Shown: in pieces, positions 9,097-18,203 of the stretch
Position numbering within the stretch: position 1 is the stretch's first letter
Layout: every line of letters begins with the position of its first letter
Assembly: GCA_037441345.1 (NCBI GenBank)
Contig: JBBISJ010000006.1
Span: forward strand, 3,530 to 67,529
DNA from: Chloroflexota bacterium
GTDB taxonomy: Bacteria; Chloroflexota; Dehalococcoidia; SM23-28-2; RBG-16-64-32
Direction of reading: 5' to 3'
DNA: 64,000 nt
Translations under genes and position numbers: made by a program
Notes under the pieces: model-generated
What the model was told of the DNA's origin: nothing
The model's database searches: none
Seen by the model: only the letters and a program-made list of their open reading frames with translations

Positions 9097-9768
9097 CTAT
9101 TCGCAGTAGGCCTGAAGCCCTTCAGGGTCGCGGATCACGATCTTTCGGCCCTCGTTCCTTACCAGCCCTCGCTTTCGGAACGCCGAAAGGTTCCGGTTGA
9201 CGCTCTCACGGGTGACGCCGATCATCGTCGCCAGCTCCTCCTGGGTCAGCCGGGTGTTGAGAAGGATCCCGTCCGCACGCCTCAGCCCGTGGTCCGCCGC
9301 GAGGTCCAGCAGCCGCCGCGCCAGGCGGCCGCCGGCGTCCAGATAGCGCAGGTCAGAGATCATCTCGTCGCTCCCGCGCAGTCGCTGCGTCATCACCGCA
9401 AGGACCGATAGCGCCGCCTCCGGGTGCCGTGTGATCAGGTCCGTGAAGTCCCTGCGCTCCAGCACGAGGAGACGGGAGTCGGCCACGGCGGTTGCGCTCG
9501 CGGACCGGGGACTGCCGTCAAGGATCGCCATATCGCCGAAGAACTCACCGGACCCAAGGCGGGCGAGGGTCAGGTCCGCACCGTCAGCTCCGGGTACATG
9601 GATCACCACCGCGCCCGTCTCGACGATGAACAGTGACTCTCCCGGGTCGCCCTTCTGGAAGATGATGTCGCCGCGCGCATACGAACGCTTGTGGACACGC
9701 TCCGCTAGCCAGTCGAAGTCCTCCGGCGCCAGCGCCGCCAGGAACGGGACCCGTTGCAGGAGTTGCAT
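9097..9768 (-). CDS. Crp/Fnr family transcriptional regulator
   Basis: cNMP-binding domain (GDIIFQKGDPGESLFIVETGAV) and a C-terminal HTH (RLTQEELATMIGVTRESVNRNLSAF); internal start MQLLQRVPFL chosen over the extended ORF. Confidence 0.8.
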   Translation of the reverse strand: MQLLQRVPFLAALAPEDFDWLAERVHKRSYARGDIIFQKGDPGESLFIVETGAVVIHVPGADGADLTLARLGSGEFFGDMAILDGSPRSASATAVADSRLLVLERRDFTDLITRHPEAALSVLAVMTQRLRGSDEMISDLRYLDAGGRLARRLLDLAADHGLRRADGILLNTRLTQEELATMIGVTRESVNRNLSAFRKRGLVRNEGRKIVIRDPEGLQAYCE

Positions 9769-9910
9769 CGTTGTAATGCCTCTAATCGCATAGTGCAGGC
9801 TGAACGACGAGACACGCAACCGCCCGCTATCGTGCGATACCGGCTGGTGCGCTACGATAGGTGTCGTTCCCCGCCCCCGGGCGGGGCCATTCAGGCCGTG
9901 GAGGACGCCC

Positions 9911-11098
9911 TTGCACCTCGCCAGGAGAATCGAAAAGCTGCCGCCATACCTCTTCGCCGGGATCAGTAAGAAGATCGCCGAGAAGCGGGGGCAGGGAGTT
10001 GACGTAATCTCGTTCGGCATCGGCGATCCAGACCTGCCCACTCCCTCCCATATCCTCGACTCGCTCGCTGCCGCCTCGCGGGACCCGGTGAACCACAGGT
10101 ACCCGGAGAGTGAGGGTCTCCCCGAGCTGCGGCAGGCGATCGCCCGCTGGTACGGTCGCCGGTTCGCCGTAGAGCTCGATCCGTCGACGGAAGTGCTGCC
10201 GCTGATCGGCTCGAAGGAGGGCATAGGCCACATCGCCCTCTGCTTCATTGACCCCGGCGACATCGCGCTCGTCCCCGACCCGGGCTATCCGGTCTACGGA
10301 GTCGGCACGCTCCTGGCCGGTGGTGAACCCTATTACCTGCCCCTGACCGAGGAGAACGAATTCCTGCCGGACTTCGATGCCGTTCCCGCCCCCGTCGCCG
10401 ACAGGGCGAAGGTCCTCTGGCTGAACTACCCCAACAATCCCACCGGCGCCGTGGCTGATATCGAGTTCTTTGATCGCGCCGTCGCCTTTGCTCGCCGGCA
10501 CGATCTCGCCGTACTTCATGACGGCCCCTACTCTGAGGTCGTATTCGATGGATATCGCCCGGTCAGCTTCCTCCAGGCGGACGGAGCGAGAGAAGTCGGC
10601 ATCGAGTTCCATTCGCTGTCCAAGTCCTACAACATGACGGGATGGCGCATCGGCATGGCCGTGGGCAACCCGGAGATCATCGACGCCCTGATGCGTGTCA
10701 AGTCCAACCTCGACTCTGGCATTCCCCAGGCAATCCAGCAGATGGCGATAACAGCTCTGGACGGCCCTCAGGACGTGATCGCCGAGAACAACACCGTCTA
10801 CCAGCGCCGACGGGACCGGCTGGTCGAGGCGTTATCGAAGCTGGGGCTGCGGGTTAGCCCGCCGAAAGCCAGTCTCTACCTCTGGGCGCGGGTCCCGGAG
10901 ACCATGACGAGCGTCCAGTTCGCCACGCGTCTCCTCGACGACGCCGGTGTGGTCGTGACGCCGGGGAACGGCTACGGCCCAACGGGAGAAGGCTACGTCC
11001 GCCTTTCCCTCACGATCCCGGATGCGCGCCTCGAGGAGGCGGTGCGGCGAATCGAAGCCCTGGCGACGAGCTGGGGCCAGGGAAGCAGCGGGCCGTAG
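9911..11098 (+). CDS. class I/II PLP aminotransferase, LL-diaminopimelate aminotransferase (DapL)-like
   Basis: [11 protein letters not shown]-terminus, the [20 protein letters not shown] motif, and [14 protein letters not shown] (PLP-binding lysine region). Confidence 0.8.
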   Translation: MHLARRIEKLPPYLFAGISKKIAEKRGQGVDVISFGIGDPDLPTPSHILDSLAAASRDPVNHRYPESEGLPELRQAIARWYGRRFAVELDPSTEVLPLIGSKEGIGHIALCFIDPGDIALVPDPGYPVYGVGTLLAGGEPYYLPLTEENEFLPDFDAVPAPVADRAKVLWLNYPNNPTGAVADIEFFDRAVAFARRHDLAVLHDGPYSEVVFDGYRPVSFLQADGAREVGIEFHSLSKSYNMTGWRIGMAVGNPEIIDALMRVKSNLDSGIPQAIQQMAITALDGPQDVIAENNTVYQRRRDRLVEALSKLGLRVSPPKASLYLWARVPETMTSVQFATRLLDDAGVVVTPGNGYGPTGEGYVRLSLTIPDARLEEAVRRIEALATSWGQGSSGP

Positions 11099-11186
11099 AT
11101 ATTCCCGTTAGCGCGAATCGAGACTACCAACCGTATCGCTGCTGCTTCTGTTACCACTGGATGTACCTTTTCGGGAGGTAACAGAT

Positions 11187-11590
11187 GTGGCGCGCAGCCA
11201 CTATCATTGGGCCGTACTCGCAGCCATCACCGTCCTGCTGGCGGCCCTCCTCGCGATTGCCCGTTCCGGTGCACCAGCCAGCGCAGCAACATTCACCGTT
11301 GACTACACCGCGGACGCGGTGGGCGCAGCCCCCGGTGACGGGGTCCGCGCCACGGCGGGACGCCAGTGCAGCCTCCGCGCCGCCATCCAGGAAGCGCGAA
11401 CGCTCTCGCAGATCCTCCTCCTCCGATGGCGCCGGCTGTCACACCTGTGACCGGCCCCAGCGGGCTGCCGCCCACAGGCGGTTCTCCCGGCAATTCGGAT
11501 CCGACGCGGGACGTGGTTACTGCAATGCTGGTCGCGGCCGGCCTGATAGCGGGGGGTTCACTCCTCCTGGCAACCAGCCGGAGGAGATAG
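11187..11590 (+). CDS. small secreted LPXTG-anchored protein; reading frame broken (0 to +2) near a CCTCCTCCTCC run
   Basis: frame 0: signal peptide HWAVLAAITVLLAALLAIARSGAPASA; frame +2 C-terminus: LPPTGG followed by a hydrophobic TM segment and an RRR tail (sortase sorting signal); frames 0 and +2 overlap between about 11366 and 11450. Confidence 0.4.
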
Positions 11591-11614
11591 CCAGGCGGTT
11601 CTACGAAATAAAGA

Positions 11615-11652
11615 GGGGCCGCGCGAGCTGCGCGGCCCCCTTGTCCATTATT
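11615..11652. terminator. bidirectional intrinsic terminator between the LPXTG gene (+) and ssrA (-)
   Basis: GGGGCCGCGC-GAGCT-GCGCGGCCCC stem-loop flanked by TTGTCCATTATT on the + strand and TCTTTATTTCG on the - strand. Confidence 0.7.
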
Positions 11653-11657
11653 GGAAT

Positions 11658-12015
11658 TGGTGGAGACGGAGGGGAATTGAACCCCTCGTCCAGAAGAAAC
11701 CCGGCCTGGATGTCCTACAAGCTTAGCCGTCGCTTTGATCTTGCCCGCCGTACCGCCGTCGGCCACGTAACCGGCAGGCCAGCCGATGGTCTTTTGTCCC
11801 CCTTATCGGCGTGGGGAGGACAGCACCCCGACATTACGTCGCCGGACTCCGCCCATCGGGGTGAGGCCTGAGCCAGGCGTCGCTAGCCTAAATTAGGCGG
11901 CGAGAGCGTACTGGTTAGTGTTGCCAGTTGCTTTTGCGCCGGTCGATTAACGAGGATCCGGCGTCCTCGGCTTGCAATCCGGGCCCAACTTTCCCTGTCG
12001 AACCCTTGCGTCCCC
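11658..12015 (-). ncRNA. ssrA: tmRNA (SsrA), about 358 nt; tag reading frame ends ...NQYALAA-UAA
   Basis: 5' GGGGACGCAAGGGUUCGACAGGG and 3' GGGGUUCAAUUCCCCUCCGUCUCCACCA (tRNA-like acceptor and T-arm); tag codons GGC AAC ACU AAC CAG UAC GCU CUC GCC GCC UAA at 11893..11925 (- strand). Confidence 0.85.
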
Positions 12016-12026
12016 AGATGACCACA

Positions 12027-12467
12027 TTATAGCAGGAGATCGTGGTTTCCGGGGCGAATGAACTCCGCAAGTCCCAGCGCTACCAGTTGCCAGGGCCCCT
12101 GAACCACGGTCGTCTCAAAGTCAATCCAGGGTGGAAGACCGATCAGTTCGGCAACCTTACGGTAAACCGCCAGATAACACGACATGAACGCTTCCTCATT
12201 CAGGACCGGGCGCCAGCGGCCGAGGCACAAATTCATTGGATCCCCGTCAAGCTCAATGTATATCAGTACAGAGTCGATTCCCCAGACTCCGTAGTAATTG
12301 TCGCACTGGATCACCGGTTGTCTGTGTTCCAGCGCGCTCCACATGAGGTCGTAAAGGCCTCCGAACTCCATTAGGTCCCGGGCCCGGGAGTCGTAGTCTA
12401 TTTCGCCTGGGCGTTCGTCATCGTACTGGTCTGCGAGGAAACCCTCCCTCAAGAGGTCGGCGAGCAA
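12027..12467 (-). CDS. hypothetical protein, low-GC (~54%); likely the 3' part of a frameshifted ~200-aa gene that continues from a 56-codon ORF at 12448..12615
   Basis: only a TTG start is available in this frame; the upstream 56-codon ORF (MGDKVLERYVQERLMERLDALIDLHSKAPGVVMTPEYQ...) overlaps and is translationally coupled to the smpB stop (TGATG). Confidence 0.45.
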   Translation of the reverse strand: MLADLLREGFLADQYDDERPGEIDYDSRARDLMEFGGLYDLMWSALEHRQPVIQCDNYYGVWGIDSVLIYIELDGDPMNLCLGRWRPVLNEEAFMSCYLAVYRKVAELIGLPPWIDFETTVVQGPWQLVALGLAEFIRPGNHDLLL

Positions 12468-12615
12468 CTCATAGAGTATAGGTGAGATGTGAATCTCGTT
12501 AATTGGTACTCGGGCGTCATGACCACCCCGGGTGCCTTCGAGTGCAGGTCGATTAGAGCATCAAGGCGTTCCATGAGTCGCTCTTGGACATAACGTTCGA
12601 GTACTTTGTCCCCCA

Positions 12616-13074
12616 TCAGCCCCTGCGTCTCACCGCCCTCTGCATCGCCCGCTCTGCCTCGCGCTTCGCTATGTCCTGGCGCTTGTCGTACTTCCGTTTC
12701 CCGCGGGCCAGCGCGATCTCGAGCTTGGCGCGTCCGTTCTTGAGGTAGAGACGCAGGGGGATGATCGCAGCTCCGGACGTCGTCGCTTCACGTTCCAGGT
12801 CGTGGATCTCACGCTTGTGCAGCAGTAGCGGCCGACTCCGGGTCGGCTCGTGGTTCATACGGCTCGCCGGGGCGTAGTGGGCGATGTGCGCCCCGACCAG
12901 AAACATCTCGCCGTCCCCTGGACGGATATAAGCCTCGCGGATGCTCGCGTGGCCCTGCCGTATCGACTTGATCTCCGTTCCCGTCAGGGAAAGGCCTGCT
13001 TCCAGCGTACGCAGGATAGCGTAGTCAAACCCCGCCCGGCGGTTGGTCGCGACGGTTTTCTCGCCCGCGTTCAC
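12616..13074 (-). CDS. smpB: SsrA-binding protein SmpB
   Basis: N-terminal motif NRRAGFDYAILRTLEAGLSLTGTEIKSIRQG and a C-terminal basic tail. Confidence 0.9.
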   Translation of the reverse strand: MNAGEKTVATNRRAGFDYAILRTLEAGLSLTGTEIKSIRQGHASIREAYIRPGDGEMFLVGAHIAHYAPASRMNHEPTRSRPLLLHKREIHDLEREATTSGAAIIPLRLYLKNGRAKLEIALARGKRKYDKRQDIAKREAERAMQRAVRRRG

Positions 13075-13112
13075 TTCCTTATCTTCTCACGGGGAGCGCT
13101 CGACATAACTCC

Positions 13113-14405
13113 TTATCTGGCCCTGGCGGCAAGTTCTTGCTCAAGCAGGTCGATTGCCGCGCTCATCTGCGGGCCGTAGCCGCTCTGGAGTTCGTCGCTC
13201 AGTTCCTGCGGTGTCAACTCCACCGGTACGTCCGGCGCCAGGCCGACACCTTCGATAAGAGTGCCGTTGGGGGTCAGCCAGCGGGCGATCGTGACGTACA
13301 GGGCGCCCCCGTTCGACAGCTCCCTCAGGTGGTTGACCGACCCTTTGCCGAACGTCTGCGACCCGACGAGCTTCGCCCGCCCGTGGTCGCGCAACGCCCC
13401 GGCCAGCACTTCCGAGCCGGACGCCGAACCGCCGCTCACGAGAATCACCACGGGTATGTCGGTGGCCTCACCGCCGCCTTTGGCGTTGTACTCCGTCTTG
13501 TTGCCCTCACGGTCCACCTGGGTGAGGACGAGGCCGCCGTCGAGAAACATGTCGGCCACGGATACCGTTGCATCCAGGCCGCCGCCTGGGTTCCGCCGAA
13601 GGTCGAGGATCAGGCCTTCGTACCCCTCATCGCTAATCCGCTCCAGCTCAGTTCGTAGGTCGTTGACCGTCTGCTCGGTGAACTGCTGGATTTCGATATA
13701 CGCCAGGCCGGGCACCGCGTCGCCGTTCTCGTCCTGCGCATCGTGCGCAAAGACGGTCGGGATGACGATCGTGCCACGCGTGATCACGAGCTCCTCCTCC
13801 TGGCGGTCGCTGTGCCGTACCGTTAGGGTTACCTTTGTACCCTGTTCACCACGGATCTTCTGCACGGCGTCTTGCACGCTCCAGCCTTCGGTGGACTCGC
13901 CATTAACCTCAAGGATCACGTCGCCGGGCAGGATGCCCGCCTTTTCGGCAGGTGAGCCGCGGAACGGGGTAACTATTGTGATCTCGCCCGTCGTCGGGTC
14001 CTGGTCGACATTCGCCCCGATCCCCTCGAAACTCCCGGAGATGATGTCAATCCCGCTCTGGTATTCCTCCGGGGTGATGTACACGCTGTGCGGATCCCCC
14101 AGAGAAGCGATGATCCCGTCGATCGCGCCCTTTTCCAGTGCGTCGTGCGTGATCGCGTCCGGGTTGACGAAATCCTCGCCCAGGATCGACTCGATCTCGT
14201 CGAGGATGCTGTATCCATCGTCGTCACTACTGCCGTCGCCGGGGTCGATGTCGGTGACAGTCGTCCGGCTGCCCCCTCCATCGCCCACTGCGTACCCAAC
14301 GACGCCGGCCAGCGCAACGGTCAGCGCCACAATCAGGCCGGCAAGTGTCCACTTAAGGGTGTTCCACATTCGAATTACCTCCGGGGTTGCTACCCCGATT
14401 GACAT
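13113..14405 (-). CDS. ctpA: carboxyl-terminal processing protease (S41 family, CtpA/Prc-like) with PDZ domain
   Basis: N-terminal TM segment, PDZ motif (GILPGDVILEVNGEST), and the S41 catalytic region (RRNPGGGLD, SGGSASGSEVLAGALRDHG). Confidence 0.85.
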   Translation of the reverse strand: MSIGVATPEVIRMWNTLKWTLAGLIVALTVALAGVVGYAVGDGGGSRTTVTDIDPGDGSSDDDGYSILDEIESILGEDFVNPDAITHDALEKGAIDGIIASLGDPHSVYITPEEYQSGIDIISGSFEGIGANVDQDPTTGEITIVTPFRGSPAEKAGILPGDVILEVNGESTEGWSVQDAVQKIRGEQGTKVTLTVRHSDRQEEELVITRGTIVIPTVFAHDAQDENGDAVPGLAYIEIQQFTEQTVNDLRTELERISDEGYEGLILDLRRNPGGGLDATVSVADMFLDGGLVLTQVDREGNKTEYNAKGGGEATDIPVVILVSGGSASGSEVLAGALRDHGRAKLVGSQTFGKGSVNHLRELSNGGALYVTIARWLTPNGTLIEGVGLAPDVPVELTPQELSDELQSGYGPQMSAAIDLLEQELAARAR

Positions 14406-14757
14406 AAGGGCCGCACCAGCGACCGGACGCCCTGATCATTCGACGCAACTCGGCCGCCCCGCGTTGCCTGGCGGGGATATCCCGGCCCGGCTTCCAGACT
14501 GAGTGTAGCATTGGGTGCGCATCCGTCGCCAATGCACGGCGACCGCTTGCCGCAGGCTCGCGCGACAGTCATCACTAGTTCGCTACGATCCGACCAGGGC
14601 CCTCGGTTCTCGCCTCACTCCCCTATCCCCACGCCACATAACATATATAGTGCGAACCGCCCTCACAATGCGGAAGCACGCTCACGGGGCGACGCGCCCG
14701 GACTTGCGGCACATCTCGGATGACACTGCCGGCGCCCGGAAGGTATGCTCGTCCGGC

Positions 14758-15243
14758 ATGACTCACAGGATAACGCTCGAACGGAACACGCTGAGGTTCG
14801 CCGCGGCCCACTTCACTACCGCCGGGAGCGAGTGCGAACCCCTGCACGGCCACAACTACGATGTCGTCATCCATATCGAGGGCGAACTCACCGGGGATGG
14901 CTGGATTCTTGACTTCGGCGTGGTGAAGCAACTCGCTCGCGGCGTGGCGCAGGAGCTGGACCACCGCTTCATCCTCCAGGCAGCCGGCGGCCGCATCTCC
15001 TGGCACCATAGCGGGAGCGAGATTGAGGTGCGGCACGGCGAACGGCGTTATGTCATCCCCTCGAGCGATGTCGCCGTGCTCGACATCGACAATTCCACCG
15101 CCGAGCGGCTGGCCGAGTGGTTCGCCCGCCGCTTGTGGCGGGAGTTGGAGCAACGGGGAGCCACCAACATATCCCGGGTGTCGGTCGGCATCGAGGAAAT
15201 GCCGGGCCAGACGGGATGGTTCACGCTGGATGTGCGCGGCTAG
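14758..15243 (+). CDS. 6-pyruvoyl-tetrahydropterin synthase family protein (QueD/PTPS-like)
   Basis: CEPLHGHNYDVVIHIEGEL (Zn-binding His triad region); internal start MTHRITLERN chosen over the extended ORF. Confidence 0.75.
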   Translation: MTHRITLERNTLRFAAAHFTTAGSECEPLHGHNYDVVIHIEGELTGDGWILDFGVVKQLARGVAQELDHRFILQAAGGRISWHHSGSEIEVRHGERRYVIPSSDVAVLDIDNSTAERLAEWFARRLWRELEQRGATNISRVSVGIEEMPGQTGWFTLDVRG

Positions 15244-15368
15244 CGGCATCAAATCGGCCGGGTGCCTGTTGACAGCCTTGTCAAAAGCCATAAGATAGGT
15301 GCTTGCCGATTGGCCTGCGCGCCGTCCACAGGGGGGTGGGCGCCGACGCGGCCTTCAAGGAAGGGGCT

Positions 15369-15914
15369 ATGAAGATCGACTGGCAGCAGGCAATCAACGA
15401 TATCCTGGCGAAGAAGCTATCGTGCCCCCGCTGCGGCACGTTGACCGACGACGTCTTCGTCGGCTTCCTGCGAATACCCGAGGCGTCAGAGTGGGCGCCG
15501 CTTTGCGAAGGCTGCACCAAGAAAGAGAGCTGCGATGCTCGCAAGTTCGTGCTCCTCTGCGAGGACTGCGCCAACCACCTGCGACTCCGCGGCCGCAAGG
15601 TGGACGAGGAAGGCTTCATGCGCGCCCTCCTGGAGGAGTGCCGCCGCAACCTCGAGGAAACGCTCGACTACCTCGCCGACTTCTGGCGCGAGGACCTCGA
15701 CATCGACCCGGACGAGATGGACAAACGCCTCGAAGACGTGGATCCGGAGCTGTTTGACGAGGAGAACACATGGCGCTGCTACCTCGAGGAGCAGTACCTC
15801 AAGATCCACGCCTGGTTCCGCGAACGCCACCTCGGGATACCGGATCCAGGCTGGCGCTCAGAGTACGCCGAGGACATCATCGCCACCGGGTACAGCACCA
15901 TCCTGGGCGACTGA
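15369..15914 (+). CDS. hypothetical Cys-rich (CxxC x3) zinc-ribbon-like protein with an acidic C-terminal half
   Basis: CPRC, CEGC and CEDC motifs; no recognisable family; start MKIDWQQ. Confidence 0.5.
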   Translation: MKIDWQQAINDILAKKLSCPRCGTLTDDVFVGFLRIPEASEWAPLCEGCTKKESCDARKFVLLCEDCANHLRLRGRKVDEEGFMRALLEECRRNLEETLDYLADFWREDLDIDPDEMDKRLEDVDPELFDEENTWRCYLEEQYLKIHAWFRERHLGIPDPGWRSEYAEDIIATGYSTILGD

Positions 15915-15998
15915 CCGGCTAGCCGCAGCAACTACTGGCAACATCAAGCAGACACGGGCCGGCGCCCGTCCCACTGGAACTGTTAAGGAGGGACAACA

Positions 15999-17552
15999 GT
16001 GACGCTATTCAATAGCCCATGGTTCTCCATCGAACCTTATCCGGAGCTCTCGCTTCCCGACTTCCTCGCTCCCGCTGCCGATAGGTACGCCGAGAGAACC
16101 GCGTTGATCAGCTTCGATGGCCAGACCTACAGCTTCGCCCACACGTGGGAGTCCTGCCGGCGCCTCGGAAGGTTCCTTCAGGACGCCGGCATCAGCAAGG
16201 GTGACCGAGTGGCCATCTTCTCGGCGAACTCACCCGAGTACTTCGTCACCTTTTTCGGCATCCTCTGTGCCGGTGCCACGGTCACTACCCTCAACCCCCT
16301 TTACAAGGAACGCGAACTCCTCCACCAACTCGAGGACTGCAGCGCCACCGCGATCTTCGCCATGGGTGCCCTTTCCCCCATCGTCGAGAGCGTTCGTGCC
16401 CACCTCCCTTCTCTCAAGCACGCCTTCATCATCGAAGACGTCTGGAAGATCGCCGCGGACGCACCTCCGGACCTCGGCCCCGTCAGCATCAATGCCCGCG
16501 AGGACATCGCCGCCCTCCCCTACTCCTCGGGCACCACTGGTCTTCCCAAGGGCGTTATGTTAACTCACTACAACCTGGTGTCTAACGTTCGCCAGACACT
16601 CACAACCGGCATCAGTTCCGGCTACGGCACCTACCTCGACTTCCTGCCGTTCTTCCATATCTACGGCATGGTCGTGCTCATGGCCTGCGGTTTCGCCGCC
16701 GGCCTGCCCCAGGTCATCATGCCTCGGTTTGACCCCGCCCTCTGCCTCGACCTCATACAGAGGTACAAGGTCACCAACCTCTTCGCCGTTCCGCCCGCCC
16801 TGCTGGCGTTGTCCCACTTCCCTGACACCGCTAAGTACGACACCTCCAGCCTCTCCATGATCATGAGCGGCGCCGCTCCCCTTCCCGCGGAAGTCGCGCG
16901 CGCAGCAGCGAAGGCGCTCGACACCACCGTCCTCCAGGGCTACGGCATGACGGAGACCAGCCCTGTCACAAACGTCAACCCCGTTACCCGCATCAAGGAC
17001 TCCACTGTCGGCCCGCCCGTCGCCGACACGGTCCAGAAGGTCGTCTCGCTGGACGACGGCCGGGACCTGGGTGTTGGCGAAGTCGGTGAGCTCCTGACCT
17101 TTGGCCCGCAGGTTATGAAGGGATACTGGAACGCCCCGGAGGCGACCGCTGAAACACTCCCCGGCGGCGGCTGGATACGCACCGGTGACATCGTCTCGGT
17201 GGATCAGGAGGGTTATGTGACGATCCTCGACCGCAAGAAGGAGATGATCAAGTACAAGGGATACCAGATCGCGCCGGCCGAACTTGAAGCGCTTCTGCTC
17301 GAGCACCCGGCGGTGATGGATTCGGCAGTCATTCCGAAGCGTGACGATGAGTCGGGAGAGATCCCCAAGGCGTTCGTCCTGCTGAGGGAAGGCCACGAAA
17401 CGAGTGTCGAAGACCTCATGCGCTTCGTCGAACAGCGCGTTGCCCCCTACAAGAAAGTCCGCGAGATCGAATTCGTTGAAGCGATCCCGAAGACCGCGTC
17501 CGGCAAGATCCTGCGCCGGGAGCTTATCGAACAAGAGCGCGCAAAGGCGTAG
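15999..17552 (+). CDS. AMP-dependent synthetase/ligase (acyl-CoA synthetase, 4-coumarate-CoA-ligase-like)
   Basis: AMP-binding motif LPYSSGTTGLPKGVMLTH, plus YGMTETS, GWIRTGDI and KILRREL. Confidence 0.85.
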   Translation: MTLFNSPWFSIEPYPELSLPDFLAPAADRYAERTALISFDGQTYSFAHTWESCRRLGRFLQDAGISKGDRVAIFSANSPEYFVTFFGILCAGATVTTLNPLYKERELLHQLEDCSATAIFAMGALSPIVESVRAHLPSLKHAFIIEDVWKIAADAPPDLGPVSINAREDIAALPYSSGTTGLPKGVMLTHYNLVSNVRQTLTTGISSGYGTYLDFLPFFHIYGMVVLMACGFAAGLPQVIMPRFDPALCLDLIQRYKVTNLFAVPPALLALSHFPDTAKYDTSSLSMIMSGAAPLPAEVARAAAKALDTTVLQGYGMTETSPVTNVNPVTRIKDSTVGPPVADTVQKVVSLDDGRDLGVGEVGELLTFGPQVMKGYWNAPEATAETLPGGGWIRTGDIVSVDQEGYVTILDRKKEMIKYKGYQIAPAELEALLLEHPAVMDSAVIPKRDDESGEIPKAFVLLREGHETSVEDLMRFVEQRVAPYKKVREIEFVEAIPKTASGKILRRELIEQERAKA

Positions 17553-17567
17553 GATAGACCGGGACAG

Positions 17568-18200
17568 ATGAGAACACCCTTCTCTGGCTTCATCAGCCTG
17601 CTGATGACCATCGCGGCGATCTTCGTCGCAGTGATCGTGCTGTTCAGTTTGCTTACGAGCGGCGACCTCGGCCCGCAAGACGGATGCAAAGACGCTGACA
17701 CAGGGGATATCCGCAGTATCCCGCTAAGCGACGCTCTCGCCGGCGAGTTTGACCAGGCATGGGATGCGGCCAATGCGGCCGTCGACGGCGGACAGGCGGA
17801 GGCATCGTTCACGCTGACTGAGGCGCAGGTCTCGTCCCGTGCAAACAGCTTCCTGGAAGCCGGCGACGCACCGGTCACTGAGGTCACGGTCTGCTTCCAC
17901 GACGGCTCCGCGGAGGCGCGGGCGAAGGTGGAAGTGCCGACGCTGGCCACCCTCCCCCTGGTTGGGAGCGTCTTCGAGCCGGACGTCAAAGCCGCCGGCA
18001 ATGTGGACTTCCGGGGCGAGCGCCCCAGCCTCGATCTAACGGAGCTGGATGCCGGTGGGCTTCCCGGTTTCATCGAGGATGCGATCAAGGATCGCGCCGA
18101 GGACGAGGTCAACAAGCTCCTCGATGACCTCCAGCTGGACCATGCCTACTCACTCACCTTCACCGAGGGCCAGATCCAGGTAACAGTCCGGCCGAAGTAG
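17568..18200 (+). CDS. hypothetical membrane-anchored protein
   Basis: N-terminal TM segment (ISLLMTIAAIFVAVIVLFSLL); acidic extracytoplasmic domain; no known domain. Confidence 0.5.
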   Translation: MRTPFSGFISLLMTIAAIFVAVIVLFSLLTSGDLGPQDGCKDADTGDIRSIPLSDALAGEFDQAWDAANAAVDGGQAEASFTLTEAQVSSRANSFLEAGDAPVTEVTVCFHDGSAEARAKVEVPTLATLPLVGSVFEPDVKAAGNVDFRGERPSLDLTELDAGGLPGFIEDAIKDRAEDEVNKLLDDLQLDHAYSLTFTEGQIQVTVRPK

Positions 18201-18203
18201 CGC

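Noticed and set aside
9818-9852. Inverted repeat CTATCGTGCG...CGCTACGATAG in the crp/dapL divergent region as a Crp site
   Set aside because: It does not resemble the TGTGA-N6-TCACA class consensus. It is kept out as a feature for lack of support, though it could be checked.
9769-10263. N-terminal 165-aa extension of the Crp/Fnr ORF, and the extended N-termini of the PTPS-like gene, purB, pheS, galK, fpg and the NarG-like gene in the ORF track
   Set aside because: The conserved protein N-termini begin at internal Met codons with SD-like sequences. The extensions are low-complexity and overlap divergent promoter regions.
11185-11871. 228-aa ORF (frame +1) and the 157-aa minus-strand ORF overlapping the LPXTG gene and tmRNA
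   Set aside because: They are Pro/Ser/Arg-rich with no features, and they run through the tmRNA gene and the terminator. The frame-0 and frame-+2 ORFs with signal peptide and LPXTG are preferred.
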